Below are positions 20,701-28,137 of a DNA stretch of 39,008 bases, piece after piece (the stretch's first letter is position 1; the number at the start of each line of letters is the position of its first letter). Location: the sequence record SRR33789315_70, one strand, 5' to 3'. The position numbers and the translations under genes are program-made. The notes beneath the pieces were generated by a model, which worked only from the letters and a program-made list of their open reading frames with translations, was not told the origin of the DNA and did no database searches.

Positions 20701-20827
20701 ATTTACTGATTATTCCGGTTATGACCCAGAGAATAGTACATACTCAGACGCATTAAATACAGGAAATGATTACGGCGCCTATCCATTGCCGAGAACCATA
20801 ACAGTAGGCGTAAAACTCGGTTTGTAA
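17738..20827 (+). CDS. susC: SusC/RagA TonB-dependent transporter (PUL-1)
   Basis: Signal peptide, CarboxypepD_reg-like domain (GTTTDFDGNF), EVVVVGYG, plug ILKDASSAAIYGSRGGNGVVLITTKKG, LKWEKT, C-terminal YPLPRTITVGVKLGL. ATG at 17738 or 17741 preferred to the TTG at 17684. No N-terminal STN domain apparent. Confidence 0.96.
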   Translation: MMSTKKILQVFPFLWAILLSITSYGQENLTVTGTVREEATGSPIPGVTILVKSTTVGTTTDFDGNFSIEVNPEATLVVSYLGFATQVISINGRTVINIALTTDSQELSEVVVVGYGTVRKSDLTGAVSSITSEQIQERSNVNVMSSLSGQVAGVQIQQTQGAPGYAPVIKIRGTSTITAGINPLYVIDGFPIEGFDMGNINPQNIESIEILKDASSAAIYGSRGGNGVVLITTKKGAVGKTQVSVSYEHGVQQVVRTVDMMNSQEFIQYYVDAHNNSWIREGGSASDPNSIRPSNYQIPPEFLTAPDSFETTDWQDVLFSDAPSDNINLSVSGGNENTRFFISGGYISQEGIVDNAEYNRLSLRSNISHNIVDNLKVGMNLSLANIKSKEYGTTGKAGSVSLSLQNDPIFPVYNENGNLGFKDPNSVWSRFIPYNLQLWHPYALTREIDNLNKELNVIANTFAEYNFLQDFTFRTSYNFTVNNSRYSDYRNEGQLWGYSNYQPALANNNTYYNYNWLFENTLNYNKILGEHTFNVLLGYSTQENHYEESLITSDNFPNDLVHTLNAGKPASASSSESDWSMISYLARLNYSFQDEYLLTATIRRDGSSRFGLNNQWGYFPSGSVAWKLSERDFIKELDWLSTLKLRASYGITGNNLIPNYGAIGLLGQTQYAWGNNVEQGIYKSTISNADLKWEKTGQFDIGLNASLFGNRIYVEADYYSSTTRDLLLNQPVPLITGFAEQLTNIGKVRNRGFEFLVTSKNFVGEFGWQTNFNISINRNEVLELGQNNAPIFVNEWGTTKTEIGEPIANYFGYIFDGVFMNQSEVDNYPHVSSTTPGDPRVKDVNGDGTIDENDRTIIGNAQPDFTFGFTNTFTFKNFDLSATLQGSVGNEILNSQARYNKYYNGNRNGYKQIVDYWKSESNPGDGEHFKPYVSYPGLQTQFSDYWVEDGSYLRIANLRLGYSFSEDNLTRMPFKDARIYINVDNLYVFTDYSGYDPENSTYSDALNTGNDYGAYPLPRTITVGVKLGL

Positions 20828-20847
20828 AATAAAAAAAAAGCAGCAAA

Positions 20848-22275
20848 ATGAAAACAAGTAATATTAAAATAACCCTACTCGCACTTCTAGGTATATACCT
20901 AACGTCCTGTTCGGATGATTTTTTGGAGTTGGCTCCTATTTCACAAATGAATGAGAATGACTTCTATCAATCAGAAGCAGATTTCAGGCTGGCTGTAAAT
21001 GCAGCTTATCAAACACTTCACAGTCAATATGGTCCTAATAGCGGGGTAAGTTACGTTGGCGAACAAATGTCTGATGAAGCTACCGTTTATATGGTCATAG
21101 GAAATGTAGCAGATAGATCTGCTTTTAAAAACTATACCTTACGTGCAGATAATAGTGTGGTACAAACTATTTGGAATGATGCTTTTATTTCCTTAAATAG
21201 AATCAATACGGTTCTAACCAGAATGGAAGGAGCCGATTTTGATGCAAGTACGATGACTGAAATTGAAGGGGAGATGCGTTTTTTACGCGGCTTGTACTAT
21301 TTCAATTTAGTAAGAATGTTCGGTCCAGTACCACTCTTGGAAAGGACGGTTTCAGTTGAAGAAAGTTATGGTGTATTACGCTCACCGGTAACTGAAGTTT
21401 ATGATTTCATAATCTCAGATCTACAATTTGCAGCAGCTAATTTACCTCTTGTCTCAGAGGCCGAAAGAACTGGCCAAGCAACTGAAGGAGCAGCAAAAGG
21501 AATTTTAGGTAAAGTCTATCTCACCTTGGGAGACAACAGTTCTGCAGCTTCTGTTTTAGAAGACGTTATTGATTCTGGAGAATATCATCTACTAGACAAT
21601 TACTGGTGGTTGTGGGATTTAGAACATGAAAATTCATCTGAGGCTGTTTTTGAAGTCCAGTACGTAGGCGGTCCTGGTAATCCAGCAAGTGCCTATTGGC
21701 CAGAGTTTTCTCCCTTTGAAAATTTTATTATCACGAATCAAGGTGGTGGAATGAATCAAGTAACAGAAGACCTCTGGAATTCTTATGAAGATGATGATCC
21801 TAGAAGAGAATACTCTGTTAATGAAGGATATTACGACAGCAACGGAACATTTATTCCAATTAAATTTCCTAGAAAATGGGAAGATAGAAATGTTATTGAA
21901 AAGTATGGTAACGAGTATTGTGATAATAATTTTATAGTCCTTAGGTATGCAGATATTTTACTAATGTATGCTGAAGCAACCCAAGATCCCACTTACCTTA
22001 ACGAAGTAAGAGAAAGAGCCGGTGTCCCACTTTATGGCACGGCAGGTTACCCTTCTGCAATGTACCCGTCGTTTGATCTAGCAATAGAACATGAGAGAAA
22101 AGTTGAACTGGCATTAGAATTTCATCGCTGGTTTGACCTTAAGAGAAAAGATAGGGTTATACCTGTAATGACAGAATTTTTAGGAGAAAATATAAAAGAG
22201 GACGAACTTTTATTGCCTATTCCACAAACGGTGATTGATAAAAATCCTGAAATTAGCCAAAATCCCGGATACTAA
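20848..22275 (+). CDS. susD: SusD/RagB glycan-binding lipoprotein (PUL-1)
   Basis: 475 aa; lipobox LTSC, GEMRFLRGLYYFNLVRMFGPVP, RYADILLMYAEA, ERKVELALEFHRWFDLKR, QNPGY. Confidence 0.95.
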   Translation: MKTSNIKITLLALLGIYLTSCSDDFLELAPISQMNENDFYQSEADFRLAVNAAYQTLHSQYGPNSGVSYVGEQMSDEATVYMVIGNVADRSAFKNYTLRADNSVVQTIWNDAFISLNRINTVLTRMEGADFDASTMTEIEGEMRFLRGLYYFNLVRMFGPVPLLERTVSVEESYGVLRSPVTEVYDFIISDLQFAAANLPLVSEAERTGQATEGAAKGILGKVYLTLGDNSSAASVLEDVIDSGEYHLLDNYWWLWDLEHENSSEAVFEVQYVGGPGNPASAYWPEFSPFENFIITNQGGGMNQVTEDLWNSYEDDDPRREYSVNEGYYDSNGTFIPIKFPRKWEDRNVIEKYGNEYCDNNFIVLRYADILLMYAEATQDPTYLNEVRERAGVPLYGTAGYPSAMYPSFDLAIEHERKVELALEFHRWFDLKRKDRVIPVMTEFLGENIKEDELLLPIPQTVIDKNPEISQNPGY

Positions 22276-22287
22276 TTTTGGGATAGT

Positions 22288-22324
22288 AAGGGAATCTTTT
22301 TTAAAAGATTCCCTTTATTTTTTT
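22288..22324 (+). terminator. Intrinsic terminator / attenuator between susD and the enzyme genes
   Basis: Perfect 13-bp inverted repeat AAGGGAATCTTTT-tt-AAAAGATTCCCTT (22288-22315) followed by a T-rich tract. Confidence 0.8.
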
Positions 22325-22350
22325 AAATCCTACCTTAATAAAGAGTTAGA

Positions 22351-24642
22351 ATGAATAAAATATGGTCAAAATACGTCGCTCTAGTGATTTTCCTGAGTTT
22401 ATCAAATACCTATGGATGGAGCCAAATAACCTATCCAGATTATAAAGAGGAAAGTGAGAAAGCTAAAATCTCGACGAAGATTTCAAATGAATACATGCCG
22501 GTAATAGGTGTTTGGGTTTGGGGTCAACGTGATATGGAACCTGATGGATTCAAAAAGAGTATAGACGATCTTGCTTCAAATTCTCCCTTTAATCTTATCG
22601 TTCCTTTTTTGCGATTTCCTGACAAAGAAGTGACTGATGATGTGGTTTATCAGCAGGTGAAAGAAGCTTCAGAATATGCAGCGGCAAAAGGCGTATTGCT
22701 AGTGCCAGATCTTGATGTGCGTTCTGCGAGGAGGGCCTTTAAGGCTAAATATCCAGACGAGCTTCAACAAATGTTGAGGTTAAAGGAAGTTGAACTAGAG
22801 GATAAAACAGTTACGATTCCCAGTATGGATCTTAATGATCATTATTCTGGCGGAAACATTACCCATCATATTCCTTTAGAAGGTGAATTGCTCAAGGTGT
22901 ATGCTTACAAAACCACTACCGAAGGAATTGAACCGAAGTCTATTGTTGATATTACTGAAGAAACTAAAATCCTATATGCTACTAAAGATTCAGTAAGTGT
23001 ACAATTACCAGCGCTTAAAAAAGGTCTGACGCATGCTTCGGTTTTAGTTGCTTTTACACACTTATACCCTGATATCTTCGGTCCTCATCTTATGAAATTC
23101 CAAGAGGGTATCATTAAAAAGTATAAAGGACTTCCAGTAGCAGGTGTTTGCAAGGATGAGTTTGGTTTTCCTCCTTATTATCCGAGATTTTTTAGACAAG
23201 GATTTTATGATTATTGGTATTCTGTTAATCGCGCAGAAGCTTATCAAGAAAAAACAGGAAGAGAACTTCTGCCAGACATATTGCTAATGGCCAGAAAGGT
23301 AAAGGGGAAAGAAAGTGAGCGGCAAACGGCGATCAATAATTTTATGGAGATGTCCAGATACCGTCATCGCGATCTTGAAGCTAGTTTTTATGATACGACT
23401 AAAGAAGTATTTGGTCCAGATGCTGCAGTAACGGTACACTCCACGTGGTGGCCTTTTCCTGACAAGCAGGAATTTAAGAAAAACGGACTCGATTGGTGGG
23501 TTACAAAGCGGGATTGGGCACAGACTGATGAGGTGGTTCCTTATGCTGTTCGGACTGCTTTGAGTAAAAAATGGCCCAGTCCCATTTGGTACAATATGTA
23601 TTATAAAGAGGATTATTCAACCCAGATGTGGAGCTCGGTTCTTGCGGGTGGAAGATTGAATTATTTAAGGTATTACGCTTTATATGATAAGGAGCGCATG
23701 CAAGGTGAAAACCGAATTAGACTCCTGAATTATATCACAAAAACACCCGTTTATTCACCTGTCGCAGTGATTTTTGGTCACGCTAATGCAATGAATTGGG
23801 CAGGTACTGAGCACGATGACGTAGGGATGGCATTAGTGGATAGCTTGTGGCATAAAGGTTTTCTTGTAGATTTGATTCCCACCAGTGAAATTGATAATGG
23901 AAGTTTAGAAATTTCACCTAGCGGAAAAATCAAATATGGTTCTCAGGAATATGAAGAAGTTATTCTTTATCATCCTGAATTTGAAAAGGAATCTACAGCT
24001 GATTTCTTTAGCAAAGCCAAAAAAGGAACTGCACTATACCGCATAGGAGATTGGACTAAAACTTTCGATGGAAAAGCTATTGAAGGGAATGATTTACTTC
24101 CAGAAATGATGCAGGTCGCTGGAGGAATTTCAGAAACCGCTGAAGCGGTCATTAACTCTTTAAAGTCCAAAAACATAGATCCTCAAAGCCCATCTACCGA
24201 AGTAATTGACAATACTTTTTTTGGTTTACGGGATTTTGAACACGCTTCGTATGCCCCGCCTACCACTGGTTTTGCTAAGTTGATAGATGGAACAATAATT
24301 AAAACTGCTGGAACTAATTCTGCTGCGGGCGATCCCATAAATGAAGAGTTTAAGATACGTGATAAAACTGTCTCTGTTGATGCAATAGGTGTTGTTGCAG
24401 TGCGTCTAGATGAGGCGGGAAAATTGGATGCTATGGTTGCTGGAGGCTTTAAGTCTTTTGAAGTAGATGATTTCAAAATTGAGCTAAATGAAAGAAATGA
24501 TATAGCTTTATGGAAAGACGAAAATGACCAATGGAAAGGCGTTTTTCAAAGTATTAACTCTGAAATCCCTCAAGAATTATTAAAAATCACTCATAATTGG
24601 ACACAATTAGAGGCACCCACACCGCCCTTAAAAGAGCAATAA
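22351..24642 (+). CDS. Secreted protein of unknown function; candidate glycoside hydrolase (TIM-barrel-like plus GH42/GH106-style Rossmann-like domain)
   Basis: 763 aa; signal peptide; Trp/Tyr-rich; VCKDEFG acidic pair after a beta-strand; PVAVIF...SLWHKGFLVDLI segment resembling the domain after the barrel in GH42/GH106. Located in a PUL. The ORF is secure, the function is inferred. Confidence 0.55.
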   Translation: MNKIWSKYVALVIFLSLSNTYGWSQITYPDYKEESEKAKISTKISNEYMPVIGVWVWGQRDMEPDGFKKSIDDLASNSPFNLIVPFLRFPDKEVTDDVVYQQVKEASEYAAAKGVLLVPDLDVRSARRAFKAKYPDELQQMLRLKEVELEDKTVTIPSMDLNDHYSGGNITHHIPLEGELLKVYAYKTTTEGIEPKSIVDITEETKILYATKDSVSVQLPALKKGLTHASVLVAFTHLYPDIFGPHLMKFQEGIIKKYKGLPVAGVCKDEFGFPPYYPRFFRQGFYDYWYSVNRAEAYQEKTGRELLPDILLMARKVKGKESERQTAINNFMEMSRYRHRDLEASFYDTTKEVFGPDAAVTVHSTWWPFPDKQEFKKNGLDWWVTKRDWAQTDEVVPYAVRTALSKKWPSPIWYNMYYKEDYSTQMWSSVLAGGRLNYLRYYALYDKERMQGENRIRLLNYITKTPVYSPVAVIFGHANAMNWAGTEHDDVGMALVDSLWHKGFLVDLIPTSEIDNGSLEISPSGKIKYGSQEYEEVILYHPEFEKESTADFFSKAKKGTALYRIGDWTKTFDGKAIEGNDLLPEMMQVAGGISETAEAVINSLKSKNIDPQSPSTEVIDNTFFGLRDFEHASYAPPTTGFAKLIDGTIIKTAGTNSAAGDPINEEFKIRDKTVSVDAIGVVAVRLDEAGKLDAMVAGGFKSFEVDDFKIELNERNDIALWKDENDQWKGVFQSINSEIPQELLKITHNWTQLEAPTPPLKEQ

Positions 24643-26769
24643 ATGCAGAGAATGTTTAGACATACCCTTATACTTTTAGTTCTGATAATAGGACAAGGTT
24701 CCTTTTCTCAAATAGACCGTAAGGCTTTGGTGACAAGACATAATGTAAAAGTTTCAGCGATGGATACGCTTTCCTCATTGACTGTGGGAAATGGCTCTTT
24801 TGCTTTTACCGTAGATGCGACCGGCTTACAAACCTTTCCTGAACGCTACCAAAACGGAGTGCCTTTAGGAACCGAATCTGAATGGGGATGGAACAGTTTC
24901 CCAAATAATGAGGAATATACCTTTGATGAAACCTTACAAGAATTTGATCAATTTGGACGCAAGGTAAAGTACAGTGTGCAAGGTCAAAAATCAGAAAGAG
25001 CTAAGGGAGCAATTAATTATTTTAGAGCGAATCCGCACCGGGTACAATTGGGAAACATAGGGTTTGAACTATTTAAAAAAAATGGAGAACCCGCAACTCC
25101 AGAGGACATCCAGCAAATAGATCAAAAGCTGAATTTATGGACGGGAATTATAGAAAGTCATTTTACGGTTGAGGGGAAATCTGTTCACGTTTGGACGGCT
25201 TCAGATCAAGAAAGTGATGCTATTGGAGTGAAAATTGAATCTGAATTAATAAAAACGGGTCAGTTAAAAATCAGGATTCGGTTTCCGTTTCCCACAGCAG
25301 GATGGACAGACATAGGAACTTTATGGCAATCTGATAGAAATTATACGAGTACACTTTCCATGCAAAAAAATGGAGGAATCATCAACCATAAAATGGATTC
25401 CTTATCCTATCAAATTGGGTTAAAATGGAATGGTAAAGCAGAATTAAAGAAAAAAGAGAATCAATATTTCATATTAGAACCTTCTGGTAAAAGTGAATTT
25501 GCTTTTACAGCATCATTTTCAAATGAGAAGACGGAGAAATTATTGGATTTTTCAACGCTTAAAAGAAATAGCGAAAAAGGGTGGGAAGATTTTTGGGAAA
25601 GTGGAGCTGCGGTTGACTTTTCAGAAAGTACAGACCCGCGTGCCCACGAACTGGAACGACGCGTAGTTCTTTCACAATACCTAACTAAAGTTCAATGCAC
25701 GGGAGAGATGCCTCCACAAGAAACAGGGTTGACGTATAACAGTTGGTATGGTCGCCCGCATCTGGAGATGCACTGGTGGCATAGCTTGCATTTTGCACTT
25801 TGGGATAGGGCAGAATATCTTGAAAAAACGCTGCCCTGGTATAAAAAAACGGCTAATAAAGCTCAAAAATTGGCCGAAAGACAAGGTTTTGAAGGTGTTC
25901 GTTGGCAAAAAATGACAGGACCTTATGGCAACGACACACCCTCTTCTGTAGGTGCATTTCTCATTTGGCAACAGCCGCATTATATCACTTTTGCTGAATT
26001 GCTTTACACCCAAAAACCAACTGCAGAAACTCTGGAAACTTATAAAAATTTAGTCTTTGAAACAGCCGATTTTATGGCTTCGTTTGCGCATTACAATTCT
26101 GAAGAAGATAGATATGAGCTTGGGCCGGGAATCATACCCGCACAAGAGCGTTTTAAACCTTTTCAAACCATTAATCCAACGTATGAATTGGCATACTGGG
26201 ATTGGGCTTTACGCAGAGCCATTAAATGGAAGAAAAGACTAGGGGAGACCCCCAATACTGAATGGCAAAATGTGGTTGATAAGCTTTCACCCTTGCCCAT
26301 TCAAGAGAATATCTATCTTGCGGTAGAAAGTGCCCCTGATTCCTATACCAATCCAGAGTATAAAACCGATCATCCCGCAGTTTTGGGAACATTGGGAATG
26401 TTACCGGAATCTGAGATTCTGGATAAAGAAATAATGAAAAATACCTTCAATCTCATTTGGGATACGTGGTCTTGGGATGAAACCTGGGGTTGGGATTTCC
26501 CCATGACGGCAATGACGGCAACTCGATTGGGAATGCCAGAAAAAGCAATTGAATCCCTCTTTATGGATGTGGAAACCAACACTTTTTTGCCTAACGGACA
26601 TAATTATCAAAACGAGACACTTACCCTATATCTCCCTGGAAACGGCGGACTTTTAACCGCTGTGGCATTGATGTGCGCAGGATGGGAAGGAAACGAAATT
26701 GAAAATCCCGGCTTTCCCAAAAACGGAAAATGGAACGTAAAATGGGAAGGCCTAAAACCAATGTTTTAA
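24643..26769 (+). CDS. Secreted six-hairpin (alpha/alpha)6 glycosidase-like protein, distantly GH95/GH65-like
   Basis: 708 aa; signal peptide; LTVGNG, PPQETGL, WYGRPHLEMHWWH, IPAQE, DHP, PGNGGLL parallel in order the GH95 motifs LPxGNG, PANLQG, NxEMNYW, SPE, HRH, DGNxG. Confidence 0.65.
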   Translation: MQRMFRHTLILLVLIIGQGSFSQIDRKALVTRHNVKVSAMDTLSSLTVGNGSFAFTVDATGLQTFPERYQNGVPLGTESEWGWNSFPNNEEYTFDETLQEFDQFGRKVKYSVQGQKSERAKGAINYFRANPHRVQLGNIGFELFKKNGEPATPEDIQQIDQKLNLWTGIIESHFTVEGKSVHVWTASDQESDAIGVKIESELIKTGQLKIRIRFPFPTAGWTDIGTLWQSDRNYTSTLSMQKNGGIINHKMDSLSYQIGLKWNGKAELKKKENQYFILEPSGKSEFAFTASFSNEKTEKLLDFSTLKRNSEKGWEDFWESGAAVDFSESTDPRAHELERRVVLSQYLTKVQCTGEMPPQETGLTYNSWYGRPHLEMHWWHSLHFALWDRAEYLEKTLPWYKKTANKAQKLAERQGFEGVRWQKMTGPYGNDTPSSVGAFLIWQQPHYITFAELLYTQKPTAETLETYKNLVFETADFMASFAHYNSEEDRYELGPGIIPAQERFKPFQTINPTYELAYWDWALRRAIKWKKRLGETPNTEWQNVVDKLSPLPIQENIYLAVESAPDSYTNPEYKTDHPAVLGTLGMLPESEILDKEIMKNTFNLIWDTWSWDETWGWDFPMTAMTATRLGMPEKAIESLFMDVETNTFLPNGHNYQNETLTLYLPGNGGLLTAVALMCAGWEGNEIENPGFPKNGKWNVKWEGLKPMF

Positions 26770-28127
26770 TGAATAGAATACCTACAATGAAACCTTTTTT
26801 GATACTGCTTTGGTGTTTTTTAAGCGTAAACTCCTTTGCTCAGGTTTTTAATGTTTTTGATTATGGGGCCAAAGGTGATGGGAAAACGAATGATCAGGAG
26901 GCGATTCAACGAGCCGTGAACGCTTGTAAAAATGGAGGAACCGTTCTTTTAAAGAATGGAACTTTTCTTACTGGTCAAATTGAACTGGTGAGTAATATGA
27001 CGTTGCAAATCGATTCAACCGCCACAGTATTGGGAATGAAATCTGACGAGGAAAGCGTTTATCCGCATCAACTTATAGAGACCCAATATCCCAACCGTAT
27101 GGAGCAGGATTGCCAGCGGCGCTTGATTTATGGTAATCATATTGAAAATGTCACCATTACTGGAGGAGGAACCCTAAACGGACAAGGGGATTATGAACCT
27201 TGGATGAATGTAAAAGAGCTGGGTACCGAGAAAGATAGACCGTCAATTTTAGCTTTTGTGGGTTCAAAAAACATAACGGTTTCTAATGTGACGATGCTTT
27301 ATCCAGCTTGCTGGACACAGGTATACATTGAGTGTGACGACGTACATATTAAGGGGATTAAAGTCAATACAGGTCAATTGACACCTAACCGCGATGGGAT
27401 TGATATTGTGGATTGTCATAATGTGTTGATTGAAGATAGTTTTATCCAGTCTGAAGATGACGGGATTTGCTTTAAAAGCGGAAGCGAATACGGGTGCAAG
27501 GATGTGGTGGTGCGCAACTGTATTATTGATAAATTGAACGTTCCAGCAGGGAATGGTTTTAAATTAGGAACAGACGGACTGGGGAGTTTTATGAACTTTG
27601 AAGTTTATGATTTGACCATCAAAAATGCCTTTCAAAATTCGGCATTAGTTATAGAATCTATGGATGGTGCGGTAATCGATAATATCAACATCAAGGATTG
27701 TACAATAGAGAATAGTGGCCAAGCGATTTTTGTGCTGCTGGCTGACAGAAAACGTACGGTTCCCGATCGAAAAGAAAGGATCGGGACAATTTCTAATATT
27801 CATTTTGAAAATATAAAAGGTAAGGATTTTACACAACAATATCCTTCTATAATTACGGGTATAGAAGGGCATAATATTCAGAATATTTCCTTTAAAAACA
27901 TTGATTTTGAATTAAAAGGAGGGATTTCAAATAAAGATCAAACCGTAATGGAATATGACGGTAAATATCCCGAGGGAAGCAAATTTGGCAATACCAATGC
28001 CTATGCTTTTTTTGTGCGTCATACCGATGAAATTTCCTTTGTAAACTGCACTATTTCTTCGGAAGAAGACGATGCTCGGGAATGGTTAATTACTGAAAAT
28101 GTAAACGAAGTTGTTGTTGAAGAATAA
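26769..28127 (+). CDS. GH28-family beta-helix glycoside hydrolase with atypical motifs
   Basis: FDYGAKGDG, NRDGIDI, EDDGICFKSG, FKLGT. Start at 26769 (TAATG overlap with the upstream stop) or 26787; signal peptide follows MKPF. Confidence 0.85.
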   Translation: MNRIPTMKPFLILLWCFLSVNSFAQVFNVFDYGAKGDGKTNDQEAIQRAVNACKNGGTVLLKNGTFLTGQIELVSNMTLQIDSTATVLGMKSDEESVYPHQLIETQYPNRMEQDCQRRLIYGNHIENVTITGGGTLNGQGDYEPWMNVKELGTEKDRPSILAFVGSKNITVSNVTMLYPACWTQVYIECDDVHIKGIKVNTGQLTPNRDGIDIVDCHNVLIEDSFIQSEDDGICFKSGSEYGCKDVVVRNCIIDKLNVPAGNGFKLGTDGLGSFMNFEVYDLTIKNAFQNSALVIESMDGAVIDNINIKDCTIENSGQAIFVLLADRKRTVPDRKERIGTISNIHFENIKGKDFTQQYPSIITGIEGHNIQNISFKNIDFELKGGISNKDQTVMEYDGKYPEGSKFGNTNAYAFFVRHTDEISFVNCTISSEEDDAREWLITENVNEVVVEE

Positions 28128-28137
28128 AGAGACATTT

